A stretch of DNA of 64,000 nucleotides from Methanotrichaceae archaeon (GTDB lineage: Archaea; Halobacteriota; Methanosarcinia; Methanotrichales; Methanotrichaceae): positions 1 to 64,000 of the forward strand of contig CAWDLW010000027.1 in the NCBI GenBank assembly GCA_963803145.1. The letters run 5' to 3'. A program made the position numbers and the translations under genes. Shown here piece by piece: positions 1 to 10,979 of this stretch; the stretch's first letter is position 1; the number at the start of each line of letters is the position of its first letter. A model generated the notes under the pieces. The model searched no databases and had not been told where the DNA came from. It worked only from the letters and a program-made list of their open reading frames with translations.

Positions 1-361
1 TCAGACATAGATATTCTATCCAATATTCCCTCACCGACTGGCGAAGATAATCATGGGAGGGATTCTTCGCCGACATAGGAACAACCCTCCCACCTTAAGG
101 TCGAAGGGATGCACCTCCTCGTATTGGCTCGATAATCGCTTCATCATCCCTTCGCCCACATACACTTCCTGCATTGGTTAGACATCTCAGGGCATTCAAC
201 ACCAGTTAAATTGAACGCGAAAGTTTCAACCGCGGACTAAGCTGTTATATCGCTTCGGATAAATATATGTCTTATATGAATGTCTTGGACTCTTAGCGTA
301 TATCTTATTGCATGCAGCTCTCTTCCAGAAAGATCAAATAAAAAAGTAGGAGATAATCACT

Positions 362-823
362 ATGGCATCGGAATCCAAAGATCTAGGTAAGGACAAAATC
401 CTCTTTCTATGCTACCACAACTCCGCCAGATCTCAGATGGCAGAAGGATTGCTAAGGGCTTTGTATGGAGATCGGTATGAAGTCCACAGTGCAGGGATTG
501 AAGCATCGCAAGTTGATCCTCGCGCTATTAAGGTTATGAACGAAATTGGAATCGATATATCCGGCCAGCACTCAAAAGCAATGAATGAGTATCAAGGTAT
601 TCTATTCGACCTGGCGGTCACGGTTTGCGATAAGGCCAAGGAAGCCTGCCCGATCTGCGGGATAAGCCTTAAGGCTCCTGCCACAGCACCAGCAGCCAAA
701 AGGACGGTCCATAAGACGTTCAAAGATCCGGCTACTGCAGAAGGTTCAGAGGAAGAGCAGCTCAACGTCTTCAGGCAGGTGAGAGATGAAATAAAGGATT
801 GGATAATCGAAACGTTCCAGTAG
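362..823 (+). CDS. arsC: Arsenate reductase, LMW-PTPase family
   Basis: P-loop CYHNSARSQMAE, SAG motif, TVCD-x6-CP, DP motif; GGAG RBS upstream. Confidence 0.92.
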   Translation: MASESKDLGKDKILFLCYHNSARSQMAEGLLRALYGDRYEVHSAGIEASQVDPRAIKVMNEIGIDISGQHSKAMNEYQGILFDLAVTVCDKAKEACPICGISLKAPATAPAAKRTVHKTFKDPATAEGSEEEQLNVFRQVRDEIKDWIIETFQ

Positions 824-994
824 ATTTTCCATAAACTACGCCTGAGACTCGATATTCCAGTTCAAGTATCAAACCATCATCCCTTCGCCATCTTATACTT
901 CATGGGTTGATTGACATCTAGCGGCTTTCAGGCGATCTCTGGACAGCCCTTAGGATACACCAAGCTATGATATCCTAGCCGGGAGATAAAAACT

Positions 995-1090
995 ATGAAC
1001 ACTGATGCTGTGCTGGCGGTCATTCCACAGCACAAAGACCAGGGCGATGAGCATAAGAGAAATAGCCGAAGCCTTGGGAGTTGTGAGTGA
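995..1090 (+). pseudogene. Frameshifted remnant of a small HTH protein
   Basis: MNTDAVLAVIPQHKDQ then, in a shifted frame, AMSIREIAEALG; GGAG RBS upstream. Confidence 0.35.
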
Positions 1091-1484
1091 TTCACATATA
1101 GATACGCGCTAAGATATATTCTGATTATGATTGCTGTAGCTTTATCTAACATGATATTTACGGGCCTAGCATTAACATCTGCCAGTTATGAGCAGCTAAA
1201 CTACTTTTGAGGATAGCAGGATCTTTCAATATATTCACTGCAATCGGCCGATGATTGTTACATATTACACCGGTTGCATGCAAAAAGCATTCCAGAAACT
1301 CGAAACTGGATAGAATCGATTACAATGCAAGGACACAATATTATTATGCCCCTCTGCATTCTTGTTCAAGCATATTCAAACTATAGGGTATATAGACATA
1401 TTTTCTTTAATGTCCAAAACTTTACATATTTCGCCTATAATTGCCTAGTTCGGTGAGACTATAAGCAAAATAATAACCGCAATA

Positions 1485-2285
1485 TTGATCACCCTTATTC
1501 TGGGTTCGATCAGCATCTCAGCGGTAGCAAAGACTACCGTCAGCGTTTCAGGGTCGACTACGGTGCTGCCTCTCGGCGAGGCATTGGCTGAGGCATTCAA
1601 TAATCAATCATCAGATTACCAGGTTCTCGTCACAGGTGGAGGTACTGGCGCTGGCATAACTGCAGCTGGCGAGGGCAGATCCGATATCGCAATGGCCTCA
1701 AGAGAGGTAACTGCAGATGAGCAGACGAAGTACGGCAATAAGTTCCAGCAGAACGAGATCGGGCTTGATGGAGTGTGCATCGCTGTAAGCAAGCAGATAT
1801 ATGATGCAGGCGTCACAAAGCTAACAAGTGCTCAGGTCAAGGACATCTACGCAGGAAACATCACTAACTGGAAGCAGGTTGGTGGCCCTGACAAGCCAAT
1901 TTACTCAATCGCAAGGGAGCAGGGTTCAGGAACAAGGGATACATTCAATGAGCTTATCATGGGAAGCACCAAGGCCGAGACTAAGGAGACCACAGTAGCT
2001 CAGGGAAGCGCTGAGGTAAAAACATCCATTGTCGGCAGCGATAAGGCTATCGGCTATGTGGGCTTCAGCTACGTCCAGGATGGCGCTGTGGGAGTAATCA
2101 CTCTTAATGGAGTTGCCCCGACCATCAAAAGCATAACTGATGGATCCTATCTGTTGCACCGCCATCTCTACTTATACACATTCGGAGATCCAAAGCCCGG
2201 CGCGAAGGCTTACATAGACTTTGCAAAGAGCGCTGCTGGCCAGAAGATTGCAACGGATAATGGTTTCATATCTGAGGAAGCCTAA
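1485..2285 (+). CDS. pstS: Phosphate ABC transporter substrate-binding protein (stand-alone)
   Basis: SGSTTV, GGGTGAG, DIAMASR, REQGSGTR motifs; signal peptide; no pstCAB adjacent. Confidence 0.9.
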   Translation: MITLILGSISISAVAKTTVSVSGSTTVLPLGEALAEAFNNQSSDYQVLVTGGGTGAGITAAGEGRSDIAMASREVTADEQTKYGNKFQQNEIGLDGVCIAVSKQIYDAGVTKLTSAQVKDIYAGNITNWKQVGGPDKPIYSIAREQGSGTRDTFNELIMGSTKAETKETTVAQGSAEVKTSIVGSDKAIGYVGFSYVQDGAVGVITLNGVAPTIKSITDGSYLLHRHLYLYTFGDPKPGAKAYIDFAKSAAGQKIATDNGFISEEA

Positions 2286-2524
2286 ACTCCTGATCTATTT
2301 AATTTTTTTATTTATAGTCTTCAACACAACTTCCTAAGCTCAAATCTACTTATATTTCATAATCACAAGATCTAAGCATGTTGGTTTTGATTACGGGCTC
2401 TCCTTTCTTTGGTTAAGATTGTTGTGTTGAGGATGGATCGATTTGCCAACTGGGACTTAATACAGCGGCGCCTCGCATATCCCACAGCTTGCTGCGCAAT
2501 TGCGCCGCCGGTCGATTAACCTAC

Positions 2525-4120
2525 TCAACTAATGCCATTTAATTGGGGATCAATTGATGGAATTATAAAGATCTTATTAGGATCCATTGCAGATGTAGTG
2601 AACCTATTGTTCGTCCCTATGCCTCCCGAGGCAGTTCCAGTTGGCGTAGTCGATGTAGTCAGTGCAGTTGGCTTAGTCGGTGTAGAAGGTCTATAGTTCT
2701 GCCTTATGGTTACGATCAGCGGCTTCGACCATGAAGAAGAAGCACCATTGCCGTCTATGGATCTGGCCTTAACCCAATATATCCCTGCATCGTCCCACTC
2801 ATGTGAAATGCTTGCTAATCTGCCTAATTTTACGTATCCGGTCTCTGATGTAGTCCCGTCTCCCCAATCAAAAATATATTTCATCTGGTCTTGGTCAGAA
2901 TTAGCAGCGGACGAGGCATAACTATATAGAGTTCCTCTACTTGAATCCAGTCCGGATATAGCGAACTTATATAACATTCCTATGCCCCCGGAGGTAGGCC
3001 CGGTTGGCATAGTCGGTGTAGTAGGTTTGGATCTTTGCTTAATAGTCACAATCAGCGGCTTTGACCATGAAGAAGAAGCACCATTGCTGTCTAAGGCCCT
3101 GGCCTTAACCCAATATATCCCTGCATCATCCCACACATGTGATACGCTTGCTAATTTGCCAGATTTTACAAATCCAGTCTCGGATGTAGTCCCGTCTCCC
3201 CAATCAAAAATATACCTTATCTGGTTTTGATCAGGGCTTGCGGTAGCTATAGCGAATTTATAGCTCGTCCCTATAATCCCCGAGACGGTCCCAGTTGGCG
3301 CCGCAGGTGTAGTAGGCTTGGATTTCTGTTTTATGGTTACAATTAACGGTTTTGACCATGAGGAAGCTGCGCCACTACTGTCTGTGGCTTTGGCCTTAAC
3401 CCAATATATCCCTGTTTTGCTCCATGAGTGTGATATGCTTGCTGATTCGCTCGATCTTACGAATCCAGTTTCAGAGGTAGTCCCATCTCCCCAATCAAAT
3501 GTATACATCACCTGGTTTCCATCAGGGTCTGTAGCAAAGGCAGCATATCTATATGAAGCTCCTAAATAGCCTGTCTTAGACCCCGAAGGCCGAGCCAAGT
3601 TTGTGGGTGGATGGTTCTTAGTTGAGCAGGCTATTTTGCTAATATATCCGCCTGGGCTTTCAAGATATATTGGTGGACTATCGGTCGTGGACCAATAACC
3701 ATGGACCTCAACGCAATCTCCCATACTGATATCAGGACATGGGGTTACAGGTGTGGTTTCTACAGTGGTCCCAGGAACTAATTTAAAACCAGAGAGACCA
3801 TCTAAACCATATCCTAAAAGAACCTTGTCTATATAAATCCCGTAATAACAACCTCCATAAACAGATGTAACATGCCCTTGAATAGTAACAGTATAGATTG
3901 TGCCCTCAGAACTATTAGTCGGGCTATCTGAGGCAGTTTGACTGTCGATAGCAGGATGGTCTTCAACCTGGCTTGCATCTCCGGGGCTCCAATTCTGACC
4001 ATTACATGGGCAGACACAAAATGCCGTGCAAACGGCTAAAACTTGAATAATAAGAGTTGCAAATAAAACCTTACTCATCCCCCTACGAACGTTCATACAT
4101 GAATCACCTTGTAACGCCAA
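2525..4120 (-). CDS. Secreted protein with Cys-containing N-terminal domain and three PKD repeats
   Basis: Signal peptide; 3x YxFDWGDGTTSETG...HxW...GIYWVKA; start probably a downstream Met. Confidence 0.85.
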   Translation of the reverse strand: MALQGDSCMNVRRGMSKVLFATLIIQVLAVCTAFCVCPCNGQNWSPGDASQVEDHPAIDSQTASDSPTNSSEGTIYTVTIQGHVTSVYGGCYYGIYIDKVLLGYGLDGLSGFKLVPGTTVETTPVTPCPDISMGDCVEVHGYWSTTDSPPIYLESPGGYISKIACSTKNHPPTNLARPSGSKTGYLGASYRYAAFATDPDGNQVMYTFDWGDGTTSETGFVRSSESASISHSWSKTGIYWVKAKATDSSGAASSWSKPLIVTIKQKSKPTTPAAPTGTVSGIIGTSYKFAIATASPDQNQIRYIFDWGDGTTSETGFVKSGKLASVSHVWDDAGIYWVKARALDSNGASSSWSKPLIVTIKQRSKPTTPTMPTGPTSGGIGMLYKFAISGLDSSRGTLYSYASSAANSDQDQMKYIFDWGDGTTSETGYVKLGRLASISHEWDDAGIYWVKARSIDGNGASSSWSKPLIVTIRQNYRPSTPTKPTALTTSTTPTGTASGGIGTNNRFTTSAMDPNKIFIIPSIDPQLNGIS

Positions 4121-4350
4121 ATCCCTCTTATCGTATGTATCTTTAGGGCCATTGTAGCTACTTAAAGATTAACTTTTCTATACTGAAGGGATATGCGGGA
4201 TATATCTATGCAAATATTCAAAACAGACTGTTCAATACTTTAATATATAAATCTGATTTAGATTTGCTACAACTTCAGATATAACTATGTCGGTGCTGCA
4301 ATTAAAAGCTGAAATGAATCTCTCCTTTAAGGTTATTTGATGCGTTTAAT

Positions 4351-6408
4351 CTATAATATCCTAACAGACCTCGAGTTGGACCAGCCAGATGATGCGCCCT
4401 TGCTATCTGTAGCCATGGCTCTGACCTGGTATGTTCCTGCACTGCTCCACTTATGAGATGCACTTACGCTTTTTCCAGAGTTAACTAAACTGGTTACAGA
4501 GGTCGTTTTATCTCCCCAGTCAAAAGTATACATCACCTGATCTCCATTGAGATCTTTTGTGTATGAAATATATGTATAAGTCAGTTGTTTGCGCCCCATG
4601 CTAAGTCCAACTGGTACAATAGGCTGGTTAGGAGGAGTATTTGGGGATATTTTTACCGTCAGTGGGCTTGACAATCCTGAAGATGCACCACTGCTATCAG
4701 TAGCGTTAGCGCGAACTTGGTACGTCCCTGAAACGTTCCAAGTATGTGATGCAATTGCACTTTTGCCGGAGTTAACTAAGCTGGTTGTGGAGGTAATTCC
4801 ATCTCCCCAATCGAAGGTATACTTTACCGGATTGCCATCAGGATCGGTTGCAGAAGTGTAGTAACTGTAAATTGATCCTGCGATGCCTGATGCTAATCCA
4901 GATGGCTTGGCAGGGGCATTAGGAGGATTATTTGCAGCGATTTTAACCGTCAGTGGACTTGACCATGCTGAAGGTGCGTTACTGCTGTCTGTAGCCTTGG
5001 CTTTAACCTGGTATACTCCATTGCTGCTCCAGGTGTGTGATGCTCTTACACTCGTTCCAGGGGTAACTAGATTCGACGTAAAATTTGTTCCGTCTCCCCA
5101 ATCGAAGGTGTATTTCACACTAAGGCCGCTAGAATCCGCTGCAGAAGTTGAGTAGGTGTAAGAAGTTCCTATATTGCCAGAGATTGGTCCTGAAGGTGTC
5201 GATGGCACTCCGGGAGGAGCATTAGCATAGTTTATATTGAGTGTCATCCAGTAGAACGCATATCCGAGACCGGCATAACTGCAATCATAGTTCATGTCCA
5301 TGTTCACTAGGAAAAGATCATTGGGCCGGTTGTATGAGGCACCCCAGCTATTTACCATAATCCAGTAGCGATTCTGGGGATTGGTATCATCATAGCCTAC
5401 GCACAGAACAGCATGGCCTCCTCCCTGATTGTAGTTGTATCCTTTTCCGCATGCTATATCGGGCTTCCAGACAGCGCTCTCCTGCTGCAAATCCCAGAAG
5501 CTGAAAAAGCTGTTCCAGGCGTTGTTATCAGGAAGGAAGAAGCCGAACCAGATTGCTTTGCCCTGGCTTAGAACGTTCTTTATATTGGCAATGGCAGTCT
5601 CTTTGCCTACTCCCTGCGTAGGAATCGATACTGCATCGATCGAGTTTATATGGTAATGGGGATTGGTAGATATAGAGCTGGCAGGCACATTGGTCGCCGC
5701 ATCTTGACAGCCTACATCACCATCTTGCCACTTGGCATTAGTGTTAGACCAGGGGATAAACATTTTAGTTGTCGAATAAAAATCAGATACATCGTTTAGC
5801 CAGCCTCCGCAGCATGCTAAGCAATTCTCGTGGCAGTCCAGGAAATTGGAGTCGAGGTACTGGACGGAAAGCCGATCCTTGACACCGGTTTGATAGGCTT
5901 GGTCAATCTCCATTACGCCTGTTCCAGCCCATGCCCAGCAGTTTCCGCACTGGCCTTGATTGCGCTCTGAGGGTGTATACTGGAGATAGTTCAATAGGCT
6001 GAAATGTGACCCAGAGAACCCGGACAGCATAGCTCTGATTTGAGGGCTCAAGTAGGCGCGAGGAGCTATCGTATAATTCCTCATCCATTTGCTAGCCTGC
6101 TCTTCAGTTGGGTGCATGAGAGGGTGCGGGCTTGGGAGGTATGAAGAGTTGCTATCACGTGGATCAACTGCGTATGGTGTGTACGATAAATTGCTTGTAG
6201 AGTTCATTGGAACAGAGCCAATTCCTGGAGATGTCTGATTCTTATCCAGGGCATTATTCGCTATCGCTATAGTAGCCCCTGCTGAGCAGTTGCATTTATC
6301 GCTTGCTAGCGATATTTGTGCCATTAGTGAAAAAATAATTATTATGTATACTATATTATTACGATACTCTCTGAGCCAAGCCATTAGTAATACACCATAT
6401 ATATTCAT
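4351..6408 (-). CDS. Secreted papain-family (C1A) cysteine protease with three C-terminal PKD repeats
   Basis: QGQCGNCWAW catalytic Cys, GHAV His, NSWG Asn; 3x YTFDWGD. Confidence 0.9.
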   Translation of the reverse strand: MNIYGVLLMAWLREYRNNIVYIIIIFSLMAQISLASDKCNCSAGATIAIANNALDKNQTSPGIGSVPMNSTSNLSYTPYAVDPRDSNSSYLPSPHPLMHPTEEQASKWMRNYTIAPRAYLSPQIRAMLSGFSGSHFSLLNYLQYTPSERNQGQCGNCWAWAGTGVMEIDQAYQTGVKDRLSVQYLDSNFLDCHENCLACCGGWLNDVSDFYSTTKMFIPWSNTNAKWQDGDVGCQDAATNVPASSISTNPHYHINSIDAVSIPTQGVGKETAIANIKNVLSQGKAIWFGFFLPDNNAWNSFFSFWDLQQESAVWKPDIACGKGYNYNQGGGHAVLCVGYDDTNPQNRYWIMVNSWGASYNRPNDLFLVNMDMNYDCSYAGLGYAFYWMTLNINYANAPPGVPSTPSGPISGNIGTSYTYSTSAADSSGLSVKYTFDWGDGTNFTSNLVTPGTSVRASHTWSSNGVYQVKAKATDSSNAPSAWSSPLTVKIAANNPPNAPAKPSGLASGIAGSIYSYYTSATDPDGNPVKYTFDWGDGITSTTSLVNSGKSAIASHTWNVSGTYQVRANATDSSGASSGLSSPLTVKISPNTPPNQPIVPVGLSMGRKQLTYTYISYTKDLNGDQVMYTFDWGDKTTSVTSLVNSGKSVSASHKWSSAGTYQVRAMATDSKGASSGWSNSRSVRIL

Positions 6409-6788
6409 ATTCAGTTAGGATATAAATTTTCTGGCTAAACGCTTCAGGCCTTCTGTGGTTTGAGATTGAGTGATAAGGAAGCTGACAGAGAATGCCAGGG
6501 AAAAGTGGCATTTGTTTTTACTTGACAAACTGGCGCCTACAATCCAAATATAATCCAAATATCTATGATCAATTCAATTTCAAGCAGTGACATATCATGT
6601 ACACTTATTCAAATGGAAGATTATTTGATCATAAATCATAGATTAAATCAGCAAGCGCTTATGCAGTTACTACCTATTATTAGTACGGATAGACGATTAG
6701 AATATATTCCCTTTATCCTTCTGTCTAATATCCGTATTAAAAATAGGAATAATCGTCTATATGGTCTAGTGAGACCACAGTAGTTTTC

Positions 6789-7088
6789 ATGGTGAGGACG
6801 ATAAGATATCTGAACTTGGCCCTAATAGTAAGCTTAATGATGCTGTCATTAAGCACAGCAACAGTAGCCAGCGATGATATCTCGAACCTTAAAAAGCTCA
6901 TCTCAGCCAGCAACGACCCCAAGATGAGCACACAGGACCTAGCATTCTTCCTTGCCACCCATAATTATGATGTCACACCTAAGGAGGGATATGTAGAGCT
7001 CAGGCTTGATGGCCAAGTATACAGACTCACTCCCAATGGCGATAAACCTGGAATTTGCGAAATGAGTTTACATTCAATAGAAGGGTAA
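6789..7088 (+). CDS. Small secreted hypothetical protein
   Basis: Signal peptide; followed after 6 bp by the wHTH gene. Confidence 0.7.
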   Translation: MVRTIRYLNLALIVSLMMLSLSTATVASDDISNLKKLISASNDPKMSTQDLAFFLATHNYDVTPKEGYVELRLDGQVYRLTPNGDKPGICEMSLHSIEG

Positions 7089-7094
7089 TAAAAC

Positions 7095-7364
7095 ATGACA
7101 AGTAAGAGAAATCCAAATGTGGTTACAGCCCAGATCCTGAAGGTGTGTAGTGATGGCGCAAGCAAGACTAGGGTCATATACCAGGCGGACCTGAACTCTG
7201 TAATAGGCACTCAATACTTGGAGGATCTGGTAGAAAACGGATTCATCGAGGCCATCCCAGACGGCTCCAGGTTCATATACAAAACAACATCCAAGGGACG
7301 AAAGCTGCAAGAGAAGCTTGGGCAATTTCAAAGCATGATGGAAAATCTATATTCAAACGAATAA
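7095..7364 (+). CDS. Winged-helix transcriptional regulator (archaeal HTH_45-like)
   Basis: KR...IL..C..GASKTRVIYQADLN...YL..L...GFI...YKTTSKG pattern. Confidence 0.85.
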   Translation: MTSKRNPNVVTAQILKVCSDGASKTRVIYQADLNSVIGTQYLEDLVENGFIEAIPDGSRFIYKTTSKGRKLQEKLGQFQSMMENLYSNE

Positions 7365-7602
7365 TTTGCCCTTGCCTTCCCGTATATGCCCATACTGCAC
7401 GGAGCTCGTTAAGATGGTTAAGATGGCTAAGATGACGAAGAATTACTCAAGTAAAGGTATTCGAGCAGAAATACTCAAGCAAACGCCACTCAAGCAAAGC
7501 ATCCTATCCCTCGGATCTCGAATGGCTCGCTAAGGCAGCGATGTTTTAGTGCTGTTGGAACCAATGAAAGAAAAAGAAGAGAGTTCCTGTCACATTCTCT
7601 CC

Positions 7603-8322
7603 TCATATTAAATTCTTATTCCCAAATCGATTGTGGTGGGCCAGTTCAACCACATCCCGACGCACCCTAGGGAATTTGTTCGGCGTAGAGATGGGATACC
7701 CCAGACGGACCGCATAGGCTACTCGCATATGTTCAGGAATTCCTAGGGTTTTCTTCACTTCGTGCTCAACAGCGTCTCCGCTAAAGACGCTCATCACATG
7801 AAATCCGATTCCAAGCGCCTGAGCCATAAGCCACATGTTCTCCATTACACAGCCGAGGCTTATGAAGCCTAAAACATCACCCTCAGATGCAGGGGCTCTC
7901 TTCGTAGAGTCATAGATCACAATCAGCACCATTGGGCCGCCTCTCATGGTTTGGTCCAGTGTTGAAGGCCCACTTTCACGTGCAACCTTGCCCCAATCGC
8001 CAGGAGCTCTCCACGACGGCGGGAACTGGCTCCCCAGTATTCCTGTTTTCTTTCGGGCCAGCTCCTCTTCGGAAAACGATAGCTGTTGGTAGTTCTCCCT
8101 GAGGAAATCCTCGGAGATCTTGGACTCGATATCCCCTAACTTCTCAAGCTCGCTCTTATCATCAACGACTATTATCTCAAAGTTCTGCATGTTGTGAGCA
8201 GTGGGTGCCCAGCGTGCCGCCTCAAGGATCTGCATCAGGTCCTTTTTGGACGGCGGATGCTCAGGATCAAAGGGAACTCTGGACGAGTGCCTCTCCTGTA
8301 TGACCTTCAGAATCTCGCTCAT
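7603..8322 (-). CDS. Nitroreductase family protein
   Basis: RHSSR, ARWAPTAHNMQ, MENMWLMAQALGIG, LGYP. Confidence 0.9.
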   Translation of the reverse strand: MSEILKVIQERHSSRVPFDPEHPPSKKDLMQILEAARWAPTAHNMQNFEIIVVDDKSELEKLGDIESKISEDFLRENYQQLSFSEEELARKKTGILGSQFPPSWRAPGDWGKVARESGPSTLDQTMRGGPMVLIVIYDSTKRAPASEGDVLGFISLGCVMENMWLMAQALGIGFHVMSVFSGDAVEHEVKKTLGIPEHMRVAYAVRLGYPISTPNKFPRVRRDVVELAHHNRFGNKNLI

Positions 8323-8324
8323 AG

Positions 8325-8420
8325 TTATCTGCCTTACCTATCCTACCTATTTTTCTTACCCTGCCTACTTTACCTTCCTTATTCCCCTTACCTACCGACC
8401 TACTTTACCTGCCTTTTCTG
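8325..8420. repeat. Degenerate 9-nt pyrimidine-rich tandem repeat
   Basis: Units such as ccttaccta, cctacctat, cctacttta; translates as YLPYLSYLF.. with period 3 aa. Confidence 0.6.
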
Positions 8421-8422
8421 TT

Positions 8423-9437
8423 TTAACTATCCGCTATTTTTAGAACCGCACGGAAATGAACCTTTCCAGACATCATTTTATCATAGGCCTGCGCAGCCTG
8501 CTCCAGCGGAAAACACCTCGACCATTGGCCGAACCCCAGTGAGGATGGCGAAGCGTATTGCGTCTTCTGGACGGCCTCCGACCCAGCCTCTGATGGACCT
8601 GCTGCCCCGCATAAGAACAGCTGGAGAAAGCTGCATCATCTCACCTGCATAGGCGACCAGGATAATTTCCCCATTTCTGCTCAGGCCGTTGACAAGCTCA
8701 GATATGGCCTTGCTGTTTGGTGCAGTGCCGAGAATTACCTTTGCTCCCCCTAGCTTCATCAGCTCTTTTGCAGCATCGGTTGTACTAGTATCGATGAAGT
8801 GGTGGGCGCCGAGCTTTCGAGCGAGAGCCTCCTTCTCAGGCCCTCGTGATAGAACAACTGTTTCAAAGCCGAGCTTGACTGCAAACTGTAGGCCCAAATG
8901 GCCCAAGCCGCCTAGGCCGTGGATTGCCACCAGGTCGCCGCCTTTTGCCACGCTGCTTTCCAGTGCTCCAAAAGTTGTCCTTCCTGCGCACAGAAGTGGT
9001 GCGGCGTATACTGGATCAATGCCATCGGGAATGTGGTTCAGAGCCTCCATGCGAGCAACCATATACTCGGCATAGCCTCCATCGGTCGAGATGCCGGTCG
9101 TGAGCGACTCCTCGCAGGCTCCGAACTCGCCGCTCCGGCATGCGGCGCACTGGAAGCAGTGTCCTCCAAGCCACCCTACGCCGACTCTCTGTCCGACCTT
9201 CCAAATTTTCGATTTGGACCCCAGCTGCTCTATTATCCCGACCACTTCATGCCCAGGAACTCTGGGATATTGCAGCCCCGGGAAGCGGCCTTCTTTGACG
9301 ATTGCTTCTCCGTGGCATACTCCGCAGGCTTCCACTTTGATGAGAACTTCATTTTCTTTCGGCTTTGGGATTTCTTTTTGGACCAGCTCAAAGTCGCCGC
9401 CTGGTGAACTTACTTGGACTGCTTTCATCAATGGCAT
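8423..9437 (-). CDS. adh: Zn-dependent alcohol dehydrogenase with +1 frameshift near the C-terminus
   Basis: CGVCH, GHE, CxxCxxCx7C, GLGGLG; removing one base of the A-run 8510-8513 restores FPLEQAAQAYDKMMSGKVHFRAVLK, stop at 8423. Confidence 0.88.
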
Positions 9438-9675
9438 GATGTATATCTTTCAGCTCATGGATTAAATAGACGTATGCGTTCTGAAATTAATTTTGGGTTA
9501 TCTGATTGATGCTCATACGAGGTTTTAGTGCACTGATTATATGAACACCAGATTCGGCTAGATCCAGGTCATTGAATAAAGCTTCATTTCAAAGTGCCAG
9601 CGCTTAACTTCACGAGAGATTTATACTCTATCCATAGGGCCATATACTTCTAAATTCAATTATAGCAGAGTCCTA

Positions 9676-10803
9676 GTGGAGGGAATAAGACCCAATGGAG
9701 GAAGGGAAGTGGCCCAAGAAAAGGAAAGCCTGAAAGAGGTCCCTGCCAAAGAGATACTTGATAAGATCGAGAATGGCAAGCCAGTAGAGTATGATAGCAT
9801 CATAATCAATGGCAATTTAGATTTGACTAAACTGTCCCTCCCAGCCATACACATAGAGCGAGACCCCATCGATATTGATTATTTTGAGTTATCGGATGCA
9901 AAACTTATCGAATCTCCTATAGAAATCACAAAATCAATTATTAAAGGAGCTATTACATCCTCTAACATATTTTTTAACCATGAGGTGAACTTTAAAAATG
10001 TTACGTTTTATAATGATGTCTCATTCTTCTTCGCCATATTTGACGGATTTGCCGGATTTCAAAACTGTAAATTTGAAAATGAGTGTGTGTTTCTCGGCGC
10101 CCAATTCAACGGATTTGCCAACTTTTCAGGTTCTCGATTTAATGATGAAGCATCATTTAATTCATCTGAGTTTGAAAGTAATGCTATCTTCTCTGAGGCA
10201 GAATTCATTCAGGACGCTGATTTTAGCTATGCGACATTAAATGGGGAAACGTACTTCAGCGAGTCTATGTTTTGGAAGAACTTATACTTCGTTAAGAGCA
10301 AATTAAATGGAATACTTCTATCGTTTCAGGGCGCAAAATTTACCGATCCAATATCTGAAGAGCTATGCTGTAGAACTGCAAAAAATATATTAGAAAAAAA
10401 TGGAGATCGTGAGGGAGCCGGATACCATTTCAATCGGGAAATGGTGGCGAAAAGGAAACAGAAACCTTGGTATATTCGATATCCAGAGTTCGTATTCATC
10501 CAGCTTATATTTGGATATGGGGTCCATCCGTTTAGGCTTTGGGCTTGCTGGTTTGGATTCGTCTTCCTTTTTGCCGTCATTTACTTACTTGGACACGGGA
10601 TAGATGCAGAGGCATCGCAATTAAAAAGAAATGCAACGCTAATAGACTATGTATGGTTCAGTATAGCTACGGCAGTCACACCAGGATATGCTGGCTATAA
10701 GCCAACGACTGAATTCAAATTGGTAGCAGGATTAGAGGCGATTCTCGGGACGTTTATGTGGGCAGCCTTCATCGCTACCTTTGCGAGAAAATACATGCGA
10801 TAA
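9676..10803 (+). CDS. Pentapeptide-repeat protein with C-terminal two-helix K-channel-like domain
   Basis: (A/V)xFxxxxF repeats; FGYGVHP..TM..FSIATAVTPGYAGYKP..TM. Confidence 0.85.
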   Translation: MEGIRPNGGREVAQEKESLKEVPAKEILDKIENGKPVEYDSIIINGNLDLTKLSLPAIHIERDPIDIDYFELSDAKLIESPIEITKSIIKGAITSSNIFFNHEVNFKNVTFYNDVSFFFAIFDGFAGFQNCKFENECVFLGAQFNGFANFSGSRFNDEASFNSSEFESNAIFSEAEFIQDADFSYATLNGETYFSESMFWKNLYFVKSKLNGILLSFQGAKFTDPISEELCCRTAKNILEKNGDREGAGYHFNREMVAKRKQKPWYIRYPEFVFIQLIFGYGVHPFRLWACWFGFVFLFAVIYLLGHGIDAEASQLKRNATLIDYVWFSIATAVTPGYAGYKPTTEFKLVAGLEAILGTFMWAAFIATFARKYMR

Positions 10804-10979
10804 CCATGTGCTGATAAAGCCCGTAGACAGGCAAAGCCAGCGATTAATCCTCAAAACCAAAGTAAATGACACACTGAGTTTATGTTCCCAGTTCAGATGA
10901 TCAGATAAAAAGCTTTTAATCAAGGAGTCACATTTAGCGTTTGTAGTGATTACTCTATACTCTCAATGCATAATGGGAG

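Noticed and set aside
2706-5155. Repeated plus-strand ORFs that look like a small gene family
   Set aside because: Antisense shadows of the PKD repeats
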